Assembly: GCA_004431415.1 (NCBI GenBank)
Contig: QPMI01000417.1
Span: forward strand, 1-64,000
Source of the DNA: Cyanophora paradoxa CCMP329
Taxonomy: Eukaryota > Plantae > Glaucophyta
Length of the DNA stretch: 64,000 nt
Reading direction: 5' to 3'
A model generated the notes under the pieces. That model was given only the letters and a program-made list of their open reading frames with translations, made no database searches and was not told the DNA's origin. The stretch's first letter is position 1; each line of letters opens with the position of its first letter. Positions 11,667 to 23,190 of this stretch are shown here, piece after piece. The translations under genes and the position numbers were made by a program.

Positions 11667-13379
11667 ATGGTCCTGCCCGCCGTCGAGGTGCGGCCTTCGC
11701 ACCTCGTGAAGAAGAGGCTGCTTGAGATTGGCGACAAGGTGCGGCATCCTCCGCTTCAGCTTCCGTTCGAATCCAGCGCATGCGCAAGCGGCTCTAACGC
11801 TGTAGCTCGAGCCCGCGTGTGCCTAGCTATAGCGTCTATCATGCCGGGACGCATAGCGTGCCGTACAGCCCTGACGAATGCACACGCGCGCGGCCTGCAG
11901 GTTTGCGCGGAGGTCGATGGCATCGCAGATCTGAGCGACGACGCGGTGGCCGTCGTCTCGAGAGAAGCGAATATGGTCGTTTTGAGCTGGAAGGACTCCG
12001 CGGGCCAGCTCGCCGTCGGGGGAGTGAAGGCGCGTTTCCCGTTCTGATCTCGGACATCTCATCTCGAGCTCGCGTGGGCGCAGCGCTCACTCTCTCCGCC
12101 GCAGAACTTTGCGATGCAGCGGGGCGCCGATCTCTCGAGGCCCTGGCAGTCCGTGAAACTCGTGCGCACGGGCGAGACTCTGGACGCGCTGCGAACCCGC
12201 TACGTCGCGCTGGAGCAGCAGCGGGAGCAGCAGCAGGCGGCGGCGGCGGCAGCGGCGGCGGGAGCTTCGGGAGCCCTGGGCTCGCAGGCGCCCGCAGGCG
12301 AGGGCGCCTCGGGGTCCCTTAGCATCGTCGTCGCGGGCCCCTCCGCCGGCAGCGGGACGCCTCTACCCTCCCCGCCGCCCTCTGGCAAGGTACCCCCCCA
12401 CCCCGCCCCCCCCCCCCTTCGCTATCGCTTTCGCCGTTGCTGATGTTGCCCTCGCGCAGTCCGGCTTCAACGTAGCCCTCAAAGCCGGGAGCTACCAGAC
12501 CCAGGTACCCCCCTGCCCCTCCCCCTCCCCCTCCTCACTTCCTCCCCCCTCCCCCACCCCCACTCGGAGGAAGCCCACTCGCTCCCCCGCAGCCGCTGAG
12601 GCTACCGCCGCTGGCGCCGGACGAGGCGGAGTTCGCGAAAAAGCTGGAGGAGGCGATCTGGGAGCGGAAGAGGCGGGGGGGTACAGTCAGCGGCGTCGCC
12701 CAGCTCTGCACGCAGCTCCGCGGCGTCTCGGTCCACTTTCTTTCCACCGCTGAGAAGAACGTCTGCCCCGCCATCGCCCTCGCCATATGGTGCGCACCGC
12801 GCACCCGCGTGAGCGTACCCCCGCCGGTCTCACGTACCCCCCGCAGGCGAAAGCTGGACAAGAAAGAGGACCTGCGGTCGTTCTGCATCCACTCGCTCTC
12901 CAGGGAGCGCGAGAAGCACATGGAGAGCCTGAGGAAGCTCGGCCTGGACGAGCGGAGACCGGCATCCGTCGTGGGCATACTCGACAGGCACGTGCACGCC
13001 GGCGGCAGCGGAAACACCTCTGGGATCGCGGAGGCCAGCAGGTACCCCACCCCACCCGGCCGCGCGCGCCCCGCTTCGACGAGGCGTCATGTTCACGACC
13101 CCCGTCTGCAGGCTCTTCTGCTCTATTCTTAGCAACACGCACGCGCTCCGGATATCCCTTGCGAAGGTGCCGGCCCGCCCTGCCCGCGCGCGTCTTCCAC
13201 AGCCTCGCCTATAAATTGCGCAGATCGACAAGAAAGGGCTGGACGTCGAGACCTTCGGGGAGGACGGCGGCAGCGGCGGCGAGCAGCGCCGCAGCGTCCT
13301 CATCGCCTACGAGTACGGCATCCGCAACATCACGTTCTACGCCATCGTACCCTCCCGCTGTGCGACGCGCCTACCCCCC

Positions 13380-13413
<34 letters not shown>

Positions 13414-16400
13414 TCATCCGCGCGCTGCGAGCAGACGCGACCTTCCACAGCTCGCCCTGGCAGCTGCTACGGGTCTTCCAGAACTCTCTGCGTGCGCCTT
13501 CGTATAATTTCGGCCCAAATTCAAACCGCCTCCTGCCCCTCGCCCATCCGATTTGATCCGAGCTGCAGGTACGACCCCGGGACTTCTCTGCGGCGAGTCT
13601 CGCCCTGTCTTTCTCCAGGCGAGTCTCTCTCACCCAGGCCGTGTTTTCTTCCCCCCCCCTCCCCCCCCCCCCTTCCCGGCCCCCCGGCCCTCTGCCCCGC
13701 TTTTCCGTCCTTCTTCACGCCTTTCTAGGGTTGCTGACGCCCCAAGCGCAGTTCAACCCCGTCCCGGACTCCCGGCGGTGCCTGTGGAACGTGGACGAGG
13801 CAGGCTCAACCCTCCAGCGCTTGGAGTCCGGACTCGAAGACGTGCGTGCGGGGGCGGGCGCGCGCACTCCGCCCTCGATCCCACAGTCAACCCCCGCAGT
13901 TCCAAGAGAGGGTCCGCGACCCGCTGGCAGGGAGCCGTCGCTTCGTCGTGCAGCTCATCCTCGACCTCGTCTCTCTGGTCAAGAGGCTCGACGCCGTCCG
14001 CTTAGCCCGCAGCCAGGATGGCGCCGCGCAGGTGCGCGCTCTCGCTTCCACTCGATGCCTGGCTCCCCATGGACTCATAAGACCGCCTGACGACAGGTGA
14101 CCCTCGCCGGAAACCACATCAAGGAGGTGCCTACCCCGCGTTCGAGTTCTCCCTGGCTCATTCCTCACTTTCGCCCCTTCCGCAGCTCCTCCTTCGCCTG
14201 CAGCAGCGCTACGTCGAGTTCTGGAACGCGATCCAGTGGAACGTGGCCGTCGTGGGGTACACCGGCGCCGGTGCGCGCGCGCCCCCGACCCCGCTCGTCG
14301 TTGAAGCCTAACACGACCGCAGGCAAGTCCACGCTGCTCACGTCGGTCGTCCGCGACGGGCTCCCGACTCCAGAGGAGTTCCACGCGCTCATCGCGGGCC
14401 ATCCGCACCTGCTGGCGGACAAGGCTTCGTACCAGGCGCGGCCGCGCGGCTTTAGCTCATCTTTGTCCACCTCGCTATGAAGTTCGCGAACCAGGCCTTA
14501 CGTTCGAGTCTCCGCTCCGCGCAGAAGTACCTGCTCGTGCAGGGGCCCCCCCAGCTGGAGGGCAACCGCCTCGACAGCATCGTGAGGGGGCACGCGCACT
14601 TCGTTCTACTACTCGGCGTCAGCCCCCGCGCGCGCCGCTGATCCGCGCCCGCGCGCAGGCTCGTCGGCGCGCTGCGCGCCAGGGCCGGCGCTGAGGTTAT
14701 GGACCACGTGCACAAAGGGGACCTGCTCCCCGCGTTTTCGGCGGGAGCCACGTCGAGCGTGCCCCCGCGCATGGCGCGCCCTTCCCTGTTGAGCTTAAGT
14801 CTTCATGTTTACATCGCTTACTGTTGCTTTTCGCAGGTTTACAGTGTCGTTCCTTATCTTCGAATCGTCTTCAAGAGTCTCGAGGACTTCACAAAGGTAT
14901 CGTTTCTGCATATTTCTTCTCTCCGATCTGCCTTGGCCTCTTCATAGTTGACGCGCTCGCCTCCAGATTACGAAGGAGGCTTCCGCCTACCTGGAAATGT
15001 TCCACAGTAAGGAGACCCTGACGTCGAGGCAGCGCATGACGATCGAGGAGGCCCTGACCATGTCCGCCACCGGGAAATTCAGTTGTCATCTTCTAGTTCT
15101 AGAGCTCAAGCGTTGCGTTCGCAGGCTCGGCATGGAGGACCCCGTCGAGGGCGCGCGGGCCGAGGTGGCCGAGGACGCCCCCGACACGCTGGACGACCAC
15201 CTGTGGCGCATCCCGTGCGCCCCTGCAGCGGCCCTTTAAATTTCGCGCTTGGTTCGAGCTGCTTGGCTCGCCACCCGAGCGCTGACGTCGTTCGTTCGGT
15301 CCAGGCGGGGGTCGCTGGAGCTGCCCGAGGGCTTCAAGGACTTCAAGGAGGTGCTCGGCTGCACCGTCGACGTCGTCGTGTGGGGGCCCCGGCTGGAGGA
15401 CGCGGTGCACCTCGTTCACTCCCGATGCCGGCGCCGCGCGTCTGTTGGCCTTGACCTAAGCCGAAGCCGCGCAGATCCGGGCCATCCACGAGCACCTCGT
15501 CCTGCTGGCGACGCGCGGCAAGTGGTCCTTCTGGGGCCTCGTCGCCGCGACGGAGATCGGCCTGCCCTCGGAGAACCTGCGCCACCAGGAGATCGTGCGC
15601 CATATTAAATTCACGTTTTGCCACCCGCATCACTGCTGATCACGATTCCATCCCGTGTCAGATGGACTGCACGGGCATGAGCGGCTCGGACCGCATCCGC
15701 CACCACATCGGCACCACGGCGTTTCTGGAGGCGGGCACGTCGGGCCCGCACCTCGGCGCGCGCGCGGCAATGTGGGAGGCGCAGGGGAGCGCGCAGGTCC
15801 GTATACGTAGACGCCACCGCGCATCTCGCGATCGCGAAATCCGCCTACCACCAAAGGCCGATCGCGAGCCGCGCGCGCACAGCACGGGACCGACAAGGTT
15901 GTCGCGGCGGCCATCTCGACGGCCGAGCGGAGGCCGCCGCCGGCACTGGCGGCCATCCCCGCCGAGCAAGTACACGGCGACTTCGACGTGCTCGTCCACG
16001 TCATCCAGCGCAACTCCATCCACGTGGTGCGCTAAGAATTCGACTCGGCCGCCGCAGAGCTGCCGCTGTTTGACCGTTTTTTCGCGTCGCCAGGCGTGCA
16101 AGGAGGGGCTGCGGCCCGCCGTTCGCCGGCTGCTGGAGAGGCCGGAGGAGTGCAAGGCGCGCGCGGCTGCCGAGCGCGCGGCCGCGGCTGACGAGGCCGC
16201 GCGCGCCAGGTGATCGTGGTGGGGGACGTCGAGCGCGACATGGAGGGCGCGACAGAGGGCGCCGCCAGGACGCACTTCATAAACACCATCAAGACCGAGT
16301 GGCAGGTTCGCTTAGCAAATGATTTTTTACAGTTGCAATTAGAACATACATATGCATCATATGGATCGTCAGATTCCTTTGTCGTTGGTTTCTAATTCCG

Positions 16401-19288
16401 AATTTCGTCTGCAGGAAGGGCTCGTCAAGAGTGTGAACTCCGAGATGGGTGGCGACTCGAATGCGCAGGTTGTACGTTGGAGAAGGTCGGTTCTAAACAG
16501 CTATGCGGACGTGCAGGAACTCTTGACTAAACGAACGCGCAGGATGAAGGGAGCCAAAACAATCGAAGCGGCGTTCGTCAAGGCACGCCCCGATCACTAT
16601 CGGAAGGGCAAAGGCGAACGGCCCGACGTCGCGGTAAGATACCAGCTGCAGTACTCGTCAGATCTAGAACGTTGTCGGGCCAAGTTCTGAGCCTTGCCGC
16701 ACATGCACATGCACAGATGCTTGTCAACAAGATCCAAGCGCACCGCGAACAGGTGGGCTTCCCTAAGCCGTCGACTCCGGCGTCTGCCTCTCCTCCGAGG
16801 TCGCACATGCTTGGCTGACGTCGACTCCGATCTGGCCCTCTCCTCAGATCGTGGGGCGCCGCCTGGCCACGGTCGCCTGTAATACTCTGACGCGGGCCCT
16901 CCTTCCCTGCTGGGAGCGCATCTACATCGTGCGCGCGCGTCTTCCGCCTTTGGTTTCGACGATCGCGACAAAAAATAATGCAAATAGAGGCATAATATGA
17001 ACTAATCCACTATAGTAGTATAGTAAACGGGTATGATAACGATCATATAAAATACCAACAAGCAAAAATAAGGCAGGACTAACAATACCATGACTTATCA
17101 TTACCATTATAGAACCTTCTATTGACTGCCGAGCTTATCGGAATGCGGGCATCCAGATCGCCGAGATCCAGGGGCACTCGGCGGAGGAGAAGGCGGCGGT
17201 GTTCAACGCGCTGGAGGAGAAGGCCCGGCAGCTGGTGCAGCTCGCGCTGAGGCTCGACGCCCGCATCGACCGCAAGGTGGTGAAGGCAGCCGCGGCCAGC
17301 GCGGTCAGCGCTTTCTTATTTCTAGATCTCTTTTCCGCCTCTCTCCACGCGTGAAATCAAACGTGCAGGGCGCCGAGGCGACCGACGAGGACGACAGGTG
17401 CAGCGCGTTCAGCGGCAGCAGCGGCCGGCACGACGAGGACGAGGACGGGGAGGACTACCAGGACCTCGAGGAGGACGACGACGACATGGCCGAGGAAGAG
17501 GACGGCGCCGGCGCCGACCGCGACGCGGCGTCGTCTTCGCAGACGATCGAAGCGAACTTCGACGACAAGAAGCGGCCGCGGCTGAGCGAGGCCCTGCGCT
17601 GCGTTCTGAAGGAAGCCGTGAACCCGTGCCTCAAGAAGTGCACTGGGAAGCGCTTCCTTGCAGAGATCGTGCGCGGAGCCTCGGCCCCGCCTCGCCCGCA
17701 CCGCCTCTCCTAGGCCTGCCCATGACCTCTGCACTCCGCGCCGCGGCCGCCCGCAGGAAGCGATTCTCCTCTCGGGGGTCACGAACAAGATGCAGGCACT
17801 GAACAGGGCCTTGAAGAAGACGCCGGCGAGCTCGAGCAAGGTGGCGAAGGCGCTCGTCGGGCCCATGCTGGTCTGCTCGTCGGCCTTAATTCGTCCAAAG
17901 TTTCTCTGCCCGTGCCAATGTTCTCGCAGATCGCTATGCCAGTGCAGCTGAGGGAGAAACTGAATGAGCACATCGGGAAGCGGGCGCGGCCTCCTACCCC
18001 TATTCACCTTCTATGCTGCCGGCCTCCCACCGCTTTCTAATCGCCTCGACCGCAGTTCTTCGATTCTCTTTTCAGTGAACTCGAGGAGAAACACCTCTTC
18101 CGCAAGGCCCCCACCCCCGCCTCGGAGTCAGACTCGGGGCGCTCGCGCACCACCGCCCTCCGCGACGCCATCATCGACTCCGAATTTCGGTCCGAATTTC
18201 GGAAAAATCCGCGCCACGGCCGCGCGCGCGCGCGCGCTGCCTCGATCTGATCCCGGCGCGCGCGCAGGGACGGGCGCTCGCAGCTGCGCGAGAGGCAGGA
18301 CGGCGTTCGCGAGCGCCTCGCCGGCTTTGTGCCCAGTTTGGTGACGGAGCTCGACGAGATGGCGTGCACTGCGATCTTGCGCTTCAAATTTCCCGTTACC
18401 CAAGCTGAGAGCTCGACCGCAGCTCGACGAGCGCATTGGCAATATCGAAGAGAAAATCAAGGGGAAGGCGCGTGCGATGCGTGTGAATCCCTTTCGTCGG
18501 GCCGCTTGGAAAACTAACGTCGCATTTCCACAGCCTCTTCAGAAGAAACTGGACTTCCTGGCGAAGCAGGCACGGCCGATCGCAGTCGCGATCAAGGACA
18601 GAATCCGGAACCGAATGGAGGTGCGCGGGGCCCATTAACGAGGCCCCCATACTCTGCTTCCATATATGTCTCGGCTAATCACGCTTAATTTTCCCGCAGG
18701 TGTTTCGACATGAAGTCGCCATGGTGCAGAACACGATACCGCAGGTTTGCTCTCACCTAGCTGTATGTATCATGCCTAGCTGAGATTACACACCCGCGCC
18801 CGCCCCGCCCCGCCCCGCCCGCAGTTCCTGATGGACGGTGCGGAGAGCCTGCGGCGGTTCCAGGCGGAGGACCTGGCGAAGATGAGCACGGAGGCGGCGA
18901 AGAAGGCGCTGGCGGAGGCGTCCGGCGTCGCCGTCGCCGCGATGAGGGAGGCCGTCGAGCGCTTCGGCGGCCGCCCCGAGTGGATGTGCGCCCATCCAAC
19001 GACTTCGACGACTTCTAACTACGTATTAATCTTTGTGTATCGCAGGGCCGAGCTGAGGAGGGCCGTCAAGGACCTTCCCGAGCGGCTGCGGGCGGAGCTG
19101 GGGCGCGGGGTACCATCGCTCTTTAGAGTCGACGGGCCGGAGCCGGACCCTCCGACCTCTGCGGCCGGGCCCAGCGGAGCCGCGGACGCGGCCGCGGCGC
19201 CTGTCCAGGCTCCTGCGCCGTCGTCGTCGCAGCAGGCGAAGGAGAAGGCGAAGGGGCCAGCCACGTCGTCTTCGCCGCCGCCTCCGCC

Positions 19289-19331
<43 letters not shown>

Positions 19332-20718
19332 CAACAACAGAAGCAGAAGCGGCCGCGCGAAGGTGGAGCGGCGGGCGAGGAGCACCGGCCGCGGGGGCGG
19401 CCGATGCCCGCGCCCGCGCCCGCTGCCGCCAGCCAGAGAGAGCCCGGCCCTTCGAGCGGAGCGGGGGGCACGAGCGCCGCGGCCGCAGCCGAAGCGAGCC
19501 AGCGACGAGCGCCCTCCGGGTCCCCAACCTCGTCGCGATCGCGCCCCGCCGCCGGCGGTGGCGCCAGTGGCTCCTCCAGCGGCCAACGATCGTCGGAGCC
19601 GCCGCCGATCTTCGTCCCGCCGGCAGCAGCAGCTGCTGCAGGCGGATCAGGCGGAAAGAGGCCGGCCCCGGCCCCGGCGCAGCAGCCATCGGCGTCAGCG
19701 CCCGCCCCGTCTGCAGGCGCGGGGCGAAGGCCGGCCAACAGCCGCCAGGCGCCCGAAGCAGCATGCGCAGCTCTAGCGACCTCGCGGCCGTCCGCAGCCG
19801 CAGCCGCCCAGCAGCTGCCGCGCACGAGCTCTTCCGGATCTGCAGGACGAGCCTCCGCATCTCCTGCAAACTCCCCGCCACCGGTCCCAGCCGCTGCGGC
19901 CTCCGGAAGCGGCCTTAGAACGCGCGTTGCGGCCGCCCCGGCGGCGACCCAGCCAGGCTCCTCTTCTTCCCCCCCAGCCGACCCCGCCGAGCGCCCGCCG
20001 CCGCACAGGGGACCGGTCCCCGAGGTCCTCCCCGTACCCCGGCGGAACCCACCGCCCGGCGCCCCCCGCAGCAGCGGCGGCGGCGCCGCAGGGGGGAAGT
20101 CTTCCCGGGCTTCCGCCCCCGCCTCCTCCTCCGCCGCCGCCGACGCCGCGGCCCCCGCGTCGACGTCGACGTCGACGTCGGGCTCAGCGGGCGCCGGCGC
20201 GCCGCGGCGGGTCGGATCTCCGCCCGCGCAGCAGCCTTCGGCGGGCGGGAGCGAGGTGGCCACGCCTTCGCCATCCTCCGCGAAGCGGAAGCGCCGAATC
20301 GAGGACGACTACGACGAGGCCGACGCGGCGGATGAGGAGGCCGCGAGGCGCCGCTCGGCCGGCGGCGGCGGCGGTGGCGGGCCGAGCCAGAGCCCGGGCG
20401 CGGGCCGGGGGCCCCTGGCTCCAAGGCCAGGACGGCGCCGGCCGCCCCGTCCGCCCCCAGCGGCGGCGGTCCGAGCTCGAGTCAGCGCCAAGGTCCCCTC
20501 CGGCCACGGCCGCGGCCGCGGGCTCGGGATCCGCACCGAGGCCCCGGGCGCCGGCGCCGGCGCCGGCGGCGGCCCCGCCCGCGGACCGCGAGCGGGAGCA
20601 GCTGGAGAGAGCGCTGGAGGAGTCGAAGCGGGAGGCGCGGGCGCGCGAGGAGCGGGAGCGCCGCGAGGAGGAGCGCCTGCTGCAGGAGGCCCTCCGCCGC
20701 TCCCTCGCAGAGCGCTAG
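11667..20718 (+). CDS. Gene B: second SLIP-GC/NUGGC-like dynamin-superfamily GTPase with RAMA-like N-terminus, long low-complexity tail and two UIM-like helices
   Basis: Walker A NVAVVGYTGAG|KSTLLTSVV split by an intron (14240-14350). G2 region DLLPAFSAGATSSVP (~14720-14765). FWGLVAATEIGLPSENLRHQEI|MDCTG gives a G3 variant (~15530-15673). Ends EQLERALEESKRE...ERLLQEALRRSLAER-stop at 20718; reaching this needs frameshift(s) at G/C runs near 20405-20500. Start may be at 11500. Confidence 0.75.
16968..17128 (-). pseudogene. nad4: NUMT: mitochondrial nad4 (NuoM) fragment inside an intron of gene B
   Basis: Abrupt AT-rich 160-bp island translating to QSIEGSIMVMISHGIVSPALFLLVGILYDRYHTRLLYYYSGLVHIMPLFALFF, the conserved SHG...LF..VG.LYDR..TR motif of ND4. 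Lies between donor gtgcgc (16929) and acceptor cag (17156). Confidence 0.92.
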
Positions 20719-20980
20719 GCCAGCTAGGCCAGGCCTAGCCGGGCCCCGGATCTCTTAGCTTGCCGGCGCCAAATTGTAAGATTTGATCTCTTCTTTAAGC
20801 TTCATGATCAAGAGCGGTCTGAGTGACTTCAAGTTTCATACGCATGCGCACATATATGTATTCGAAGCGGAAATGCAGTTAGTTACTTGGGGGATCGGAG
20901 GCATTGCGATCGCAGCTCCCTATAGCTAGGCCTGCGGGTACGTACACTGGAGCTAACGTCAACTAGCTGGCAGGCGCCCC

Positions 20981-22981
20981 TCACTTCTTAAGGGCGCCCG
21001 AAGCGCTCGCCGGGATGGCGTTTAGAAGGCGGGCGAGCCGCTGCTCGGAGGTCTCGGCGCCGCCGGCCGCCGCGGGGGCGGCTGTGGATGCCGCCGGTTT
21101 GGCGGGCGAGGCGGCCGGCGCCGGCCGGAGGACGGGTACAGGGGAGACGGAGGGGCGGGAGGGGGAGACGGGCGCGGTGCGGACGGAGGCGTTCAGCGGG
21201 GCGGGGGCGGCCGAGGCCGAGGCGCGCCCGGGTGAGGAGGGCGCCCCCATCGCGGCCGGGACGGTGAGGGTGGACGCGGCGGCGGCGGGTGGCTTCGCGG
21301 CCGGCGGGTCCGCCGCGGCCGGCTTGGCAGGCTGCTCCACCGGCTTGGCCGCGGGGGCCGCCGCGGGGGCCTGTTTCGCGGGCGACGGCGCCACTGGGGC
21401 GGCTGGCTCCGCTGCCTTCGCCGCTTGCTGCTGCGCCGGTTTGGCAGGAGACTCCGGTTCCGCCGGCTTGGGCGCCGGCTCCGCCGGCTTGGCCGCCGGA
21501 GCGGGGGCCGCGGCCGGCGCCGGGGCCGGGGCCGGGGCCGGAGCGGGGGCCGCGGCCGGCGCAGGGGCAGGCGGCCGCGCCCCGCCCGAGGCGGCCCGTC
21601 CGAGGACCGGGTTCGGCGAGACCGGCACGCGCGCCGCGGCGCCGGCGATGACCGCCGCGGCCGCCGGGGGGGCCTTGGGCGAGCCGGGTACGCTGTTGCT
21701 GCTGCTCGCGGAGAGCCGCCTCGCAGAGGCGCCCTTCGCCGCCGCCTCGCCCTGCGCCTCCCGCAGCTGCGAGTTCGCCTGCGCAGACGCCGCCGGATCA
21801 AATTCAATCGAGCTCGACAGATTCGAATCCTGAATCGCGTACCCGCTCCAGGGCGGCGCGGAGCATGTCGCGCTCCTGCTCGGCGGCCAGCGCGCGCTCC
21901 TTCATCTCGGCGAGCTTGGCCTTCTCCTGCGCGAGCTCCCGCGCGATCTCCGACTCGCGCCCGCGCTCCGCCTCCAGTGCGCGGCGCGAGCCCTCCACGG
22001 CGTCCTTGCCCGACTTCATCCACTTCTGCGGGGATCAAATTTGAATTCGAACCGCACAACGGCGAAACCGCCACGGATATCGGGAGGAGCACACCTGCAG
22101 ATCCGCTTCGGCTCGCTCCGCGCGCGTCCGCATCTGATCGCGCTCAGCTGTGACGGCCTTGATCTGCGAATTTGATCCCGGCCCGACCAGTGAGCTGGCG
22201 CGCGGCGGGCGCCGGCGATCACAGCAAGGGGTCTACCTGAGCCTCCGCGTCGGAAACGCGGCGCCATAGCTCGTCGGCTCCAGGCGCCGGCTTCGTGGGC
22301 GACGGAGGGAGAGAGGCCTTCGTTGTGCCCTGCTCAATGCTCGTCAGTCGGGCCTCGCGGGCGAAAGGTGCGCTTTCTCCGCGCACGGATAGAGTTGCCA
22401 GAGAATCGAACTTGAGCGCGGACGCTCCGGCCTCGGCCCGGGCGAGCTGGGCCTCGAGGCTTTTCGAGTGCTCGCGCAGCTTCTTCGCCTCCGACTCGGC
22501 CGAGGCTTCGTTTTCCTTGGCAGACTTCAGGTTCGCCAAGGCCCTGCCGAGGACCCGTCAGAAGAGCGCCGCGGGCCCCTGCGGACCCACACGAGCCGCG
22601 ACCACCACCGGATCTCGAGGTCGCGTATGGCGAGCCGATCGGAGGGCGGGAGCTTCGGAAAAGCACGCACAAGCTAGCAACACGAGTCGCCTCTGTTCGC
22701 TCCAGGTAGAGAGTTGTGAATTTGCCGAGGAGCTCCAGCCGGAATGCGGTGAGGGTCTGGGCCACGGAAAGCTGGCGGGGGCTGGCCTCTTTCAGCGATC
22801 GCTTCGACTGTGTGAGCGACTCTACGACGTTCGCCGCAGCATTCGACGCCCGGGGCTGCGCCACCCGCTCCTCGAGGTCTTCGACTCTCCGCGTGAGCCA
22901 GTCCTCGAGCTGCTCAAACTGAGGGTGCCTGGGCGTCTGGGGCGTCGCTGGAGGTCGTGAAATAGCGTCTTCGGCCGCCAT
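20981..22981 (-). CDS. Gene C: coiled-coil protein with Pro/Ala-rich C-terminus, function unknown
   Basis: ATG 22981 (MAAEDAISRPP). Heptad-rich exons (AESEAKKLREHSKSLEAQLARAE; ELAQEKAKLAEMKERALAAEQERD). Last exon ends SGALKK-TGA at 20981. Confidence 0.7.
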
Positions 22982-23190
22982 GCTGGCGGCGGTGGCAACC
23001 ACGACGAATAACCTGTACCCGGGGCCGATTGCCGGCAAAAAGCAGCTGCGTGTTCGGAGCCCGACGCACGTCCTCGCGGAACGCGCGGACGCACGATAGC
23101 GAAACGCTCTGTCGCACGGTCGCAGCCGGCGGGCGTTAGCGACACGCTCCTCGAAGCCCGAGCGGGCAGTGGAGCCCTGCCGCGGGCGCC

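Noticed and set aside
16922-17107. Functional nuclear nad4 gene
   Set aside because: Only ~53 codons of a large membrane protein, AT-rich and antisense inside an intron; it is a NUMT.
19019-20263. Long antisense ORFs (poly-Cys, poly-Leu) here and at 24165-25359
   Set aside because: Shadows of GC-rich sense exons and CAG/CAA poly-Gln tracts.
20400-20500. Pseudogenisation or programmed frameshifting of genes B, H (~53260-53380) and J (~61345-61370)
   Set aside because: The shifts fall in G/C homopolymers while downstream motifs stay intact; sequencing error is more likely but needs read confirmation.
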